A stretch of DNA of 64,000 bases from Alphaproteobacteria bacterium (GTDB taxonomy: Bacteria > Pseudomonadota > Alphaproteobacteria > VGEJ01), in NCBI GenBank assembly GCA_965248765.1, contig CBDFKF010000003.1, positions 653,777 to 717,776 on the forward strand, written 5' to 3'. The position numbers were made by a program, and so were the translations under genes. Shown here piece after piece: positions 21,523-31,322 of the stretch (positions are counted from its first letter, which is position 1; each line of letters opens with the position of its first letter). The notes below the pieces were generated by a model, which was not told where the DNA came from, did no database searches, and worked only from the letters and a program-made list of their open reading frames with translations.

Positions 21523-21551
21523 GCGGTCTCCCGTGACGAGATAGGATTGGC

Positions 21552-21581
21552 GACCAGCAATGACCAGCAATGACCAGCAAT
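21552..21581. repeat. 3 tandem copies of the 10-bp unit gaccagcaat
   Basis: Read directly: cgaccagcaatgaccagcaatgaccagcaataatgac. Confidence 0.9.
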
Positions 21582-21716
21582 AATGACACCTGTAGGTGAC
21601 GTGTCGATGCGAGCTTAGCCGCCTCCACCAGCAGGACGAGACGCTATCGGCGCTGGACCAAGTCGACCAGTCGCGCCTTCTCGAGACTTTCGACCGTCTG
21701 CAGGCTGAGCACAACT

Positions 21717-21956
21717 TCACCTAGCCGTAATCTCATCCGGTCTAGTGAGGTCGGTAGCCCGGTAGAGGACCAGCCCGCCGTGGGATTCGAGGCGCGCGAC
21801 CGCCTCGGCAGCCTTGTCATTCGACTGCCGACCCGTGATGGCGAGGCCAGCGCCCTCACGCGCCAGCGCTTCGGCGATGGCAAAGCCGATGCCCTGACGG
21901 AGTCTCGCCCCGGTGACGAGCGCGTTTTTGCCGGTAAGTATCGAACTCTCAGCCAT
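21717..21956 (-). pseudogene. short-chain dehydrogenase/reductase (SDR) N-terminal fragment (79 aa)
   Basis: Rossmann motif LTGKNALVTGARLRQGIGFAIAEALAREGA. The ORF stops after 79 aa and no continuation exists in any frame. Confidence 0.6.
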
Positions 21957-22075
21957 AGCTCTCGCGATCAGCGCCAGAACCGCTCCAACGCCAGGCTATC
22001 GAGATCTATCTTGGGGCGCCGGTTGAAACGAGGCCGGCAACGAGCCGGGCGACCGCAAGAGCGGTCACGCCGGGT

Positions 22076-23752
22076 TCAATCGCCGCCCGTCTGCGCGGTC
22101 ACGCCATAGTGCTTGTCTGCCTGTTCGGGCGTGATGAGCTCGTTCTTGAGGTCGGCCATGACCTGCTCGCGGGGGCGCCTACGCGGATCGCCATAGCCGC
22201 CGCCACTTGCCGTCGTGATACGCACGATGTCGCCGGCGCCCAGCGCCAGCGCACTGATGCGGGCATAGGATTCCGTCGAGCCGTCAGCGCGAAGGATCTG
22301 CAAGCTGTTCAGTGAACCATCGCGGCCGCCGTCCAAGCCCCAGGGCGGATTGTTGTTGGTGCGCGCATAAAGGCCGGTAAGCCGCGCATCGTCGGCCCGC
22401 ATCCGATAGTCCAGCCGGACGCCGCGGCCGCCGCGGAACTCGCCCTCGCCGCCTTCGTCGGTACGGAAGGCGTATTGCTCGACGAACAGCCCATTGCGCA
22501 CCTCGTTGACCTCGATCGGGCAGTTGAATGTCTCGCCATCACCGGCGCAGAACTGCCCGTTCTCGCCATCGCGACCGGGCCCCGCGCCCCACCCGCCGAG
22601 CTCGGGTTCGACCGAGACCAAGAACTGGCCGGATTCGGGATGGGTCGAGGAGAAGATGGTGCCGCAGACCGAGTGCATGTGACCGGCGCCCAGTCGTTCG
22701 GGCACCACCGGGGCAAGCGCCTTCCAGATCAGATCGAGGGTGTACATCATCGGATCGAAATACATCCCGGCCGACGCCGGCCGTTCGGCATCGAACATCG
22801 AACCCTTGTCGGTCAGCACCTTGAGCGGGCGGAACGTGCCTTCGTTGGTCAGCGACAGCGGCCCTGTCAGCGCCTTGAAGATGATCTGCGCGCCGACCAC
22901 GGTGCACTGGTAAGGGCAGTTGTAAGGTCCCGACACTTGCCCCGGATTACCGCGCAGATCGACGATGAAATCGCCGTTCGCGACAGTGACCTTGACGCGC
23001 GTCTCGTCACCGTCGTCGGTCCTATCCGTGGCCTGGTATGTCCCTTCCGGGATCTCGGCAAGGGCCCGCCGCGAGACCGCCTCGCCATGATCGAGCAGGC
23101 TCGACATCGCGAACGTGACTGTTTCGATATCGTATTTATCGACCATCTCGATGATGCGACGCTCGCCGGTGCGAATAGAGGCAATGCCGGCCCACATGTC
23201 GCCGAGGGTGTAGTCGGGCGTGCGGGTGTTTGCGGTGATCATGTCCATTATCGAAGCGATGGGCTTACCGGCTTCGAACAGCTTGATCTCCGGGAACTGG
23301 ATGCCCTCCTGGAACAGCTCGTCCGCCTCGGTCGAGATGGAGCCATGGACCATGCCGCCGACATCGCCCCAGTGTGCCTTGTTTGCCGTCCACGCGATCA
23401 GCGTCCCGCCATGGAAGACCGGCATGAGCAGCACGATGTCGTTGAGGTGACTGACGCCGCCCGAGTGCGGATCATTGGTGATGAAGATGTCGCCCGGGTG
23501 AATATCGCCCGACGGGCCAAACTTCTTCAGCACCTGCTTGGCGCTGGAATCGAGCATGCCAACGAAGATGGGGATGCCGGCACCCTGGGTCGTGAGTTGG
23601 CCCTTCGCATCCATGACTCCGACTCCGAAGTCCAGCACTTCGTAGATGATAGAGCTCATGGCCGTCCGCCTCATGGCCGCGAACATCTCATCGCAGATTG
23701 AGTGCAGCGAGTTCTGAATGATCTCGATGGTGAAGGGGTCGGAGTTGCGCAT
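22076..23752 (-). CDS. hyuB: hydantoinase B / oxoprolinase B-subunit family protein (HyuB paralog 1)
   Basis: 558 aa. N-terminal DPFTIEIIQNSL..DEMF. NDPHSGGVSHLND. C-terminal TASGGGYGDP. Confidence 0.9.
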   Translation of the reverse strand: MRNSDPFTIEIIQNSLHSICDEMFAAMRRTAMSSIIYEVLDFGVGVMDAKGQLTTQGAGIPIFVGMLDSSAKQVLKKFGPSGDIHPGDIFITNDPHSGGVSHLNDIVLLMPVFHGGTLIAWTANKAHWGDVGGMVHGSISTEADELFQEGIQFPEIKLFEAGKPIASIMDMITANTRTPDYTLGDMWAGIASIRTGERRIIEMVDKYDIETVTFAMSSLLDHGEAVSRRALAEIPEGTYQATDRTDDGDETRVKVTVANGDFIVDLRGNPGQVSGPYNCPYQCTVVGAQIIFKALTGPLSLTNEGTFRPLKVLTDKGSMFDAERPASAGMYFDPMMYTLDLIWKALAPVVPERLGAGHMHSVCGTIFSSTHPESGQFLVSVEPELGGWGAGPGRDGENGQFCAGDGETFNCPIEVNEVRNGLFVEQYAFRTDEGGEGEFRGGRGVRLDYRMRADDARLTGLYARTNNNPPWGLDGGRDGSLNSLQILRADGSTESYARISALALGAGDIVRITTASGGGYGDPRRRPREQVMADLKNELITPEQADKHYGVTAQTGGD

Positions 23753-23771
23753 GGTCCTTGACCTGTCTTAG

Positions 23772-25850
23772 TCAGGCAGCGTCGGTTAGGCCGACGTGCA
23801 GATGAAGATTACCAAAATCGTCGATGGAGATCCGATCGTTGGGGAACACCACGACGGTGGCATCGGGCTCCTCGACGATAGCCGGCCCGGCGATCTCCAT
23901 CCCCGGCTCGAGCCGTGAGCGCTCATAAATTGCCGCCTCGTGGATGCCGTGGACATCGTAGTCGACCACCCGCTCGCCACGCCGGGCCTCGTCGAGCGCG
24001 CGACCGCTGCGCTCCAGCTTCGGCACTATCGGCTTGCCGATTTCGCGCAGCGCCACAAGGTGATAGGTCACGATCTCGACCGGGTTGTCGAGAGTGTAGG
24101 TGTACTCGCGCTCATAGGTCTTGTGGAAAGTCTCAGCGGTCGCGGCGATCGTTTCGGGCTTGATCTCGCCGGGCGGAAACATCACCCGCACGGTATGTTC
24201 CTGGCCCTGATAGCGCATGTCGCCGAAGCGCTCGAACCCAATCTCGGCGGCACCACCGATCTCGCTGTCAGCGAAGTCCGCCACGGCTTGCTGTTCCATG
24301 CCGGCGAACGCGGCCTCGAGCTTGGCGGCCACCGCGTCCTCGAGGGTGCTGAGCTGCGTGAGGACGTAGTCGCGACGCAGATCCGACATCAACATGCCCC
24401 ATGCCGAGAACACCGAGCAGTTCACCGGCACGATGACCTTGGGAATGTTGAGTTCGGCTGCCAGCGCCGAGGCGTGCATGCCCCCGCCGCCGCCGAACGC
24501 GACCAGGGTGAACTCGCGCGGATCGTAGCCGCGATTGAGCGAGACCAACTTGAGTGCATTGATCATGTTGTTGTTGGCGATGCGGATGATACCGCGAGCC
24601 GTCTCCTCCGCCGACATGCCCAACGGTCCGGCCAGCTCGTCGAAGGCGCTCCGGGCCGCCCCCATGTCCGCCTTGATCTCGCCACCCAGGAAGTACTCGG
24701 GATCGATGCGTCCGGTGAGCAGATTGGCGTCGGTGGTGGTGGGATCGTTGCCGCCGCGGCCATAGGCAGCAGGCCCGGGCACCGCGCCCGCACTGTGTGG
24801 ACCAACGTTCAGACGGCCGTCCTCGTCCATCCACGCGATCGAGCCACCGCCCTGGCCGATCTCAACGATGTCGACCGTCGGCACCATGATCGGATAGCCG
24901 GCATAGTCGCGGGTCTTCTCGATGAAGTACTCGGTGGTAATGCGCACCCGCCCATCCTCGATCAGCGAGCACTTCGCAGTGGTGCCGCCAATGTCGAGGG
25001 CGATGATGTTGGGCTCATCGATCAGGCGCCCGAGGGCGCCGGCGCCGAGCACGCCGCTGGCGGGCCCCGATTCGAGCATCGTGATGGCATTGTTCTTGGC
25101 GGCCTCGATGGTATCGACGCCGCCATTCGACTGCATGATCACCGCCTGGCCCTTGAAGCCGCCGCCGCTGAGCTTGCGCTCGAGGCTCTCGAGGTAGCGA
25201 ACCGCGATGGGGTGGATGTAACCCGACAGCACCGTGGTGTTGGTGCGCTCATACTCGCGCCACTCACGGGTCACCTGATGCGAGGCGACGACCGCGACCT
25301 CCGGCCACAGCTCCCGGACTCTCTCAAAAACCGCCGCCTCATGAGCGGGGTTGGCGTAGGCGTGCAGGAAGCAGATCGCGACCGCTTCGACCTGCTCGGC
25401 CTTGAAGAACTCGACGATGGCGGGGATCTCGTCGAGTTCGAGCGAGGTGACCACCTTGCCCATGTAGTCCATACGCTCGGTGACCTCGCGGCGCAGGTAG
25501 CGAGGCACGAACGGCTTCGGCTTCGCATAGCGGAAATTGAACAGGGCTGGGCGGTTGCCGCGCGCGATCTCGAGGACATCACGGAAGCCGTGGGTGGTGA
25601 TCAGCGCGGTGGTCACGCCCTTGCGCTCCGCGAGCGCGTTGATGACGACCGTCGTGCCGTGGGCCAGGAACTCGATGTCCTTGGTCGCGATCCCCGCCTT
25701 CTCGAGCGAGTTCATCACCCCTGCCTCATAGTCAGGCGGGGTGGTGTCGACCTTCGCCGTCTTGACGGCGGAAACCTCGCCGCTCACCGCATCGACCTCG
25801 TAATAGACGAGGTCGGTGAAGGTGCCGCCTACGTCGCTCGCCACACGCAT
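23772..25850 (-). CDS. hyuA: hydantoinase A / oxoprolinase A-subunit family protein (HyuA 1)
   Basis: 692 aa. N-terminal MRVASDVGGTFTDLV. Two ASKHA-type ATPase halves (DIGGTTAKCSL). Confidence 0.9.
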   Translation of the reverse strand: MRVASDVGGTFTDLVYYEVDAVSGEVSAVKTAKVDTTPPDYEAGVMNSLEKAGIATKDIEFLAHGTTVVINALAERKGVTTALITTHGFRDVLEIARGNRPALFNFRYAKPKPFVPRYLRREVTERMDYMGKVVTSLELDEIPAIVEFFKAEQVEAVAICFLHAYANPAHEAAVFERVRELWPEVAVVASHQVTREWREYERTNTTVLSGYIHPIAVRYLESLERKLSGGGFKGQAVIMQSNGGVDTIEAAKNNAITMLESGPASGVLGAGALGRLIDEPNIIALDIGGTTAKCSLIEDGRVRITTEYFIEKTRDYAGYPIMVPTVDIVEIGQGGGSIAWMDEDGRLNVGPHSAGAVPGPAAYGRGGNDPTTTDANLLTGRIDPEYFLGGEIKADMGAARSAFDELAGPLGMSAEETARGIIRIANNNMINALKLVSLNRGYDPREFTLVAFGGGGGMHASALAAELNIPKVIVPVNCSVFSAWGMLMSDLRRDYVLTQLSTLEDAVAAKLEAAFAGMEQQAVADFADSEIGGAAEIGFERFGDMRYQGQEHTVRVMFPPGEIKPETIAATAETFHKTYEREYTYTLDNPVEIVTYHLVALREIGKPIVPKLERSGRALDEARRGERVVDYDVHGIHEAAIYERSRLEPGMEIAGPAIVEEPDATVVVFPNDRISIDDFGNLHLHVGLTDAA

Positions 25851-25894
25851 TACACCCTCTCCCTCGTTCGATCGTTTTTGGCAGTGCGATCAGA

Positions 25895-27553
25895 CTACGC
25901 GGTCACGCCGTAGTACTTGGCCGCCTGTTCGGGCGTGACGAAGCCATTCTTGACATCGTCCAGCACTTTGTCGCGCGGGCGCTCACGCGGATCGCCGTAG
26001 CCACCGCCGTTGGCGGTGATAACACGGACCACGTCGCCGGGCTCGAGCTTGAGTCCACCGGCCCGGTTGTAGTTCTCGATCCGGCCGTCGACGCGGATGA
26101 CGCGGAGGCAGTTCAGCGAGCCGTGCCGGCCGCCATTCAGCCCCCAGGGCGGATTGTCCCGGGTCCGGAAGTAGACGCCGGTGAGCCGTGCATCCTTGGC
26201 CCGGATCTTGTAGTCGAGATAGACGCCCTTGCCGCCGCGGAACGTGCCCTCGCCGCCATCATGATCGTGGAAGGCGTATTGGCCGACGAACAAGCCGTTA
26301 CGCACCTCGTTGATCTCGATCGGGCAGTTGAAGGTCTCGCCGTCGGCCGCACAGAACTGTCCGTTCTCGCCGTCGCGATCAGGCCCGGCACCCCAACCGC
26401 CGGCCTCTGGCTCGACGCAGATGGTGAAGCGGCCGTTGTCGGGGTGAGTGGCCGCGAAGATGGTGCCGCAGACCGAGGTCAAATGGCCGGCGCCGAGCCG
26501 CGCGGGCACATGCGCCGCCATCGCCTTCCACACCAGATCGAGGACCTGGAGATTGGGCTCGGGGAACATCCCGCAGGGGTCGGGACGCTGCGCATCGAAC
26601 AGCGTGCCCGGCTCGGTCAAGACCGTGAGAGGCCGGAACGTACCCGCGTTGGTAACCGAGAGCGGGCCCGTGAGGGCCTTGAAAGTGGCCTGCGCGCCGA
26701 CCACGGCGACGCCGCGCGAGCAGTTGTAGGGAGCCGCCAGCGCCTTCGGATTGTCGCGGAGGTCGACGACGAAGGCATCCGCCGTCACCTCTACCTTGAC
26801 CCGAATGGTCAGATCGTCGTCGGTGAGCTCCTCGGCCTCAAAAACGCCGTGCGGAAGTGCCGCGAGGGCGCGGCGAGAGACCGCTTCACCGTGGTCGAGA
26901 AGATCGTTCATGGCATGAACAACGGTGCTGTAGCCATACTTCTCAGCCAGTTCCGCAACGCGCCATTCGCAGACACGGATCGAGGCGATGCCGGCCCACA
27001 TGTCACCGAGTACCAGGTCGGGAGTACGGCTATTGGCAACGATCATGTCGATCATCGACGGGATCGGCTCGCCGCGCCTGAACAGCTTGACCTCAGGAAA
27101 CTGGATGCCCTCCTGGAACAACTCCGTCGAATCGGTCGAGAGACTGCCAGCCACCTTGCCGCCCACATCGCTCCAATGCGCCTTGTTGGCCGCCCAGGCT
27201 AACAACCGGTTGTCGTGGAAGATCGGCATCACCACAACGACGTCGTTGAGGTGGGTGACGCCGCCGGAGTAGGGATCGTTGGTGATGAAGATGTCGCCGG
27301 GGTGGATGTCGCCAGCGTCGAACTTGCGCATGACCGCCTTGGCGCCCGAATCGAGGACGCCGATGAAGCAGGGGACGCCGGCGCCGGTCGTTAAGAGCTC
27401 GCCCTCTCCTGTCATGATCGCGACGCCGAAGTCCAGAACCTCATAGATGGTCGAGGTCATCGCCGTGCGCCGCGTGATGGCGAACATCTCATCGGTGATG
27501 GCGTGCAGCGAGTTCTGAATGATCTCGATGGTGAAGGGATCGTCGAGCTTCAT
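25895..27553 (-). CDS. hyuB: HyuB paralog 2 (start at internal Met MKLDDPFTIEI of ORF 25895..27700)
   Basis: About 70% identical by eye to the neighbouring HyuB paralogs. C-terminal TANGGGYGDPRERP. Confidence 0.9.
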   Translation of the reverse strand: MKLDDPFTIEIIQNSLHAITDEMFAITRRTAMTSTIYEVLDFGVAIMTGEGELLTTGAGVPCFIGVLDSGAKAVMRKFDAGDIHPGDIFITNDPYSGGVTHLNDVVVVMPIFHDNRLLAWAANKAHWSDVGGKVAGSLSTDSTELFQEGIQFPEVKLFRRGEPIPSMIDMIVANSRTPDLVLGDMWAGIASIRVCEWRVAELAEKYGYSTVVHAMNDLLDHGEAVSRRALAALPHGVFEAEELTDDDLTIRVKVEVTADAFVVDLRDNPKALAAPYNCSRGVAVVGAQATFKALTGPLSVTNAGTFRPLTVLTEPGTLFDAQRPDPCGMFPEPNLQVLDLVWKAMAAHVPARLGAGHLTSVCGTIFAATHPDNGRFTICVEPEAGGWGAGPDRDGENGQFCAADGETFNCPIEINEVRNGLFVGQYAFHDHDGGEGTFRGGKGVYLDYKIRAKDARLTGVYFRTRDNPPWGLNGGRHGSLNCLRVIRVDGRIENYNRAGGLKLEPGDVVRVITANGGGYGDPRERPRDKVLDDVKNGFVTPEQAAKYYGVTA

Positions 27554-27590
27554 TGCCAGCTCTCTGCTGGTCCGCGCGTTGCGCCGGTCC

Positions 27591-29255
27591 TCAGGGGGTG
27601 ACGCCATAGTACTTGGTCGCCTGCTCCGGCGTAACGAAGCCATTCTTGACATCGTCGAGCACCTTGTCGCGCGGGCGCTCGCGCGGATCGCCGTAACCAC
27701 CGCCCGTCGCGGTGGTGATACGAACGATGTCGCCCGGCTCGAGGTTTAGGGCGCTGATGCGATTGTAGCTATCTTCCGAGCCGTCCCGGCGCACGATCGT
27801 GAGACTGTTGAGGGAGCCGGACCGACCCCCATTGAGGCCCCATGGCGGGTTGCCGCTGCTGCGCGCGTAGAGCCCGGTCAGCTGGGCATCGTCCGCGCGC
27901 ATCCGATAATCGAGAACGACGCCTTTTCCGCCGCGGAACCTGCCCTCACCGCCTTCGGCGGTGTGGAAAGCATAGCGGTCGACGAAGAGGCCGTTGCGCG
28001 CCTCGGCGACCTCAACAGGGCAGTTGTAGGTCTCGCCATCCGCCACACAGTATTGGCCGTTCAGCCCATCAGCCTCGGCCGTCGCGCCCCAGCCGCCGAG
28101 CTCTGGCTCGATCGTGATCACATAGCGGCCGGTATCGGGGTGAGTGGCGGCGAACGCGGTCGCGCACACCGAATGCAGGGTGCCGGCCCCGAGGCGCTCG
28201 GGCACGACCGGCGCCATCGCCTTCCAGACCAGCTCCGTCGCATACATGGCCGAGTCGAAGTAGACCCCCGCCGAGGCCGGTGGCTCGGCATGGAACATGG
28301 TACCCGTGCGAGTCAGCACTTGGAGCGGGCGAAACGATCCATCGTTGCACACCGAAAAAGGACTCGTCAGCGCCTTGAAGATCACCCGCACGCCGGCCAT
28401 CGTGCACAAATGCGGGCAGTTGAAGGCTCCCGGCAGCGGCCCTGGGTTGTCGCGCAGATCGACGACGAAGTCCTCGCCATCGACCGTGACCGCGACCCGT
28501 ATGGGGAGACCGTTGTCCATCCGGTCCTCGGCCTCGTAGACACCATTGGGCAGCTCCGCCACAGCCCGGCGCGACACCGCCTCGGCGTGGTCGAGAACAC
28601 TCTCCATTGCCAGTTCAACCGCCCCGACGCCGTACTTCTCGGCCATCTCGCGAACCCGCCGCTCGCCGCAGCGGATCGAAGCGACGCCCGCCCACATATC
28701 GCCAAGCACCTGCTCGTGCGCGCGGCTGTTGGCAGCGATCATGTCGAGCACCGACGGGAGAGGGCGGCCGCGCTCGAATAGCTTGACCTCGGGGAACAGT
28801 ATGCCCTCCTGGAACAGCTCGGCGGCGTCGGTCGCGATGCCACCAGCCACCATGCCGCCAATATCGCCCCAATGGGCCTTGTTGCCGGTCCAAGCGATCA
28901 CCCGATCGCCATGGAAGACCGGCATGATGAGCGCAACGTCGTTCAGATGGGTGACCCCGCCCGAGTGCGGATCGTTGGTCATGAAGATGTCGCCCGGGTG
29001 GATGTCGTTGCGCGGACCGAACTTGGCGATCATCGCCTTCGTCGCCGCATCGAGCGTGCCGATGAAGATCGGCACGCCAGCACCCTGCGAGGCCAGCTCT
29101 CCGGTGGCGTTGGTCGTGCCGACGCCAAAATCGAGCACCTCGTAGATGATTGAGCTCATCGCGGCCTTGCGCATGACCGCGAACATCTCGTCACAAACGG
29201 CGGCAAGCGAGCCTTGGATGATCTCGATGGTGAAGGGATCGTGGTCGCGCGGCAT
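27591..29255 (-). CDS. hyuB: HyuB paralog 3
   Basis: 554 aa. MPRDHDPFTIEIIQGSL... C-terminal TATGGGYGDPRERPRDKVLDDVKNGFVTPEQA, nearly identical to the paralog 2 C-terminus. Confidence 0.9.
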   Translation of the reverse strand: MPRDHDPFTIEIIQGSLAAVCDEMFAVMRKAAMSSIIYEVLDFGVGTTNATGELASQGAGVPIFIGTLDAATKAMIAKFGPRNDIHPGDIFMTNDPHSGGVTHLNDVALIMPVFHGDRVIAWTGNKAHWGDIGGMVAGGIATDAAELFQEGILFPEVKLFERGRPLPSVLDMIAANSRAHEQVLGDMWAGVASIRCGERRVREMAEKYGVGAVELAMESVLDHAEAVSRRAVAELPNGVYEAEDRMDNGLPIRVAVTVDGEDFVVDLRDNPGPLPGAFNCPHLCTMAGVRVIFKALTSPFSVCNDGSFRPLQVLTRTGTMFHAEPPASAGVYFDSAMYATELVWKAMAPVVPERLGAGTLHSVCATAFAATHPDTGRYVITIEPELGGWGATAEADGLNGQYCVADGETYNCPVEVAEARNGLFVDRYAFHTAEGGEGRFRGGKGVVLDYRMRADDAQLTGLYARSSGNPPWGLNGGRSGSLNSLTIVRRDGSEDSYNRISALNLEPGDIVRITTATGGGYGDPRERPRDKVLDDVKNGFVTPEQATKYYGVTP

Positions 29256-29265
29256 CGCCCGTCCC

Positions 29266-30285
29266 CTACTTCCAGACCTCGCGCGCGATCCTCAGGTAGT
29301 TCTCGCCGAAGATGCCGCGGATGTCGGGCTCGGTGTAGCCTCGCCGCAGCATTTCCTCGGTCAGGGCCGGCAGCTGCTCAGGCTGGAAGAACTGCGCCGG
29401 CGGGTCATCGCCGTAGTCGCGCCAATAGCGATCCTTGTTGGCGAGGAAGAACTGATTCCAACCCTCAAGGTCGTAGACCAGGTCGATGCCAAGGCCGACA
29501 TGCGCCGGGCCCGCCACTTCGACGATATGATCGAGGTGGCGCATGAAGGCCTCGACCGAGGCATCGTCCTCGCCGAGGAAGATGCCGACGCCGGTGACGC
29601 CGACGAGCCCGCCGGTGGCGGCGCACGCCTTGATCTGATCGTCGTGGATATTGCGGCCGTGGTCGGTGAGGACGCGGGCGTTGGAATGCGAGAACACGAC
29701 AGGCTGGGTGGTGATATCCAGCGCCTGCATGGTCGCGCGATAGCCGGTGTGGGAGCAGTCGAGCAGCATGCCGACCCGGTTCATCTCGACGACGAGATCG
29801 CCACCGAATTGGCTCAAGCCTCCGTCCGCCGCCTCGTGACAGCCGTCGGCGGCGAGGTTGCGGACATTGTAGGCGAGGATCATCTGGCGGACGCCGAGCT
29901 TGTAGTAGGCCTCGACCAGGCTGAGATCGCCGCCAAGCCCGTTCGAGCCCTGGAAGTTGAAGCCGACCGCGAGCTTGCCTTGCGCCTTTGCGCGGACGAT
30001 ATCATCCGCGGTCTCGACCAGGACGTAGCGATCTGGCTCGGCGAGAAAGCGCCCGCGTTGTTGGGCGAGGTGCCGGAACGTAGCCTCGATCCACGTCCAA
30101 TCGTCGGCCAGCGTGAGCGACACGAAATCGACGCCGGCCGCGGGATAACGCGGTAACACCGCCTCACGCGCTTCCTCTTTGAGATCCTCCTCCCAGTTGA
30201 CGGTTATGTCGCAGATCATGGCCTCAGCCACTAGCGCCGCCGCGCGCGCAGCAAGATCGGGTTCGTGGACAGATTGCTCGCTCAT
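29266..30285 (-). CDS. membrane (renal-type) dipeptidase, peptidase family M19
   Basis: Starts at internal Met MSEQSVHEPDL of ORF 29266..30414. M19-like segments ICDITVNWEE, DCSHTG, HLDHIVEVAGPAHVGLGIDLVYD. Confidence 0.8.
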   Translation of the reverse strand: MSEQSVHEPDLAARAAALVAEAMICDITVNWEEDLKEEAREAVLPRYPAAGVDFVSLTLADDWTWIEATFRHLAQQRGRFLAEPDRYVLVETADDIVRAKAQGKLAVGFNFQGSNGLGGDLSLVEAYYKLGVRQMILAYNVRNLAADGCHEAADGGLSQFGGDLVVEMNRVGMLLDCSHTGYRATMQALDITTQPVVFSHSNARVLTDHGRNIHDDQIKACAATGGLVGVTGVGIFLGEDDASVEAFMRHLDHIVEVAGPAHVGLGIDLVYDLEGWNQFFLANKDRYWRDYGDDPPAQFFQPEQLPALTEEMLRRGYTEPDIRGIFGENYLRIAREVWK

Positions 30286-30296
30286 GGGCTCGTCAC

Positions 30297-31322
30297 CTAG
30301 GTTGCCGCAGCCGCGGCGGCGCGGATCGGGCCGTGATCGCCGGCGGCAGGGTTGAGACACGCAGCGCTGTGGTCCGCGCCGAAGTCGCTGAACTCGGGAG
30401 TCCTTTCCCAGCAATGGTCAAGCGCGTACGGGCAACGCGGCGCAAAGTCGCAGCCGTCCGACGAACGCTCCTCACCTTGCAGCAGGTCGCGGCTCCACGG
30501 CCATTGAGGGCGGTGCGCCTCCTCCGCCGCCGAGACGACCGGTACCGAGGAGAGGAGCATCATCGTGTAACGATGGCGGGGCTCGGCGAACACGACCTCG
30601 GTCGGGCCAATCTCGACGACGCGCCCGCGATACATCACCGCGATTCGCGAGGTCATGTTCCGCACAACGCCGAGGTCATGGGTGATGAACAAATAGGTCA
30701 GACTGAAGCGGCTCTGGAGGTCGGCAAGGAGTCGGAGAACCAGCGCCTGAACGGAGACATCGAGGGCGGAAGTGGGTTCATCGAGAATGACGAGGTCCGG
30801 GTTCGCAGCCAACGCGCGGGCCAACGCGGCGCGCTGCCGCTGACCGCCCGAGAGCGCGCCCGGATAACGGTCGGTGTATTCGGGCGGTAGCCCAACGATT
30901 TCCAGCAACTCGATCACCCGCTTCCGCGCCTCGCTCGCGGTGTGCACCATGTCGTGGACGCGCAGCGGCAGCTCAACGGCTTGGCGTATCGTGCGCTTCG
31001 GGTTCAGGGTCGAGAGCGGGTTTTGCTGCACCACCTGGATCCTGCGTCGCAGCGGCCGCGGCCGGTCGGGGCGGAGCGCCTCGCCATCAAAGCGGATGTC
31101 TCCCGAACTGGGCGCCTCGATGCCAAGAATGAGCTTGGCCAAGGTGGTTTTGCCCGACCCCGATTCACCGACAATCGCCATGCTCTCACCGGCTTCCACC
31201 CGCAGGCTCACCCCGTCCAGCGCTTTCACAGTGCGGCGGCCGACCGCGTAGTGCTTGCGCAGATCGGCGACCTCGAGCAGCGGCTCAGGCACGCGCCGCC
31301 CCAAGCTGTTCCGGCTCGGCAT
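30297..31322 (-). CDS. peptide/opine-type ABC transporter ATP-binding protein (DppF/OppF-like) with C-terminal oligopeptide ATPase extension
   Basis: Walker A GESGSGKTT, signature LSGGQRQRAALARAL, Walker B ILDEPTSALD. Confidence 0.85.
   Translation of the reverse strand: MPSRNSLGRRVPEPLLEVADLRKHYAVGRRTVKALDGVSLRVEAGESMAIVGESGSGKTTLAKLILGIEAPSSGDIRFDGEALRPDRPRPLRRRIQVVQQNPLSTLNPKRTIRQAVELPLRVHDMVHTASEARKRVIELLEIVGLPPEYTDRYPGALSGGQRQRAALARALAANPDLVILDEPTSALDVSVQALVLRLLADLQSRFSLTYLFITHDLGVVRNMTSRIAVMYRGRVVEIGPTEVVFAEPRHRYTMMLLSSVPVVSAAEEAHRPQWPWSRDLLQGEERSSDGCDFAPRCPYALDHCWERTPEFSDFGADHSAACLNPAAGDHGPIRAAAAAAT

Noticed and set aside
23940-25913. Long antisense ORFs opposite the hyu and other genes (e.g. 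23940..25913 +, 22475..23701 +, 26123..27202 +, 27963..28781 +, 29146..30156 +, 35964..37430 -, 37766..39955 -, 41772..42860 -, 42870..43778 +, 44052..44900 +, 47090..48538 -, 50367..51467 +, 52256..53224 +, 55921..56796 -, 60127..60988 both strands, 11573..13030 -)
   Set aside because: These are shadow ORFs typical of 65% GC DNA. Their translations are Arg/Ala/Gly/Pro-rich and low-complexity with no family resemblance. Each lies antisense to a well-supported gene.
27554-27700. Upstream in-frame extensions of several real genes (HyuB2 to 27700, Qor-like to 47538, decarboxylase to 51638, dipeptidase to 30414, HyuA4 to 61638, HyuB4 from 35742, potD-like from 17111, DppC-like to 33294)
   Set aside because: The extensions overlap the preceding gene and are compositionally non-coding. 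Internal starts give canonical N-termini, and in several cases a start that overlaps the upstream stop.
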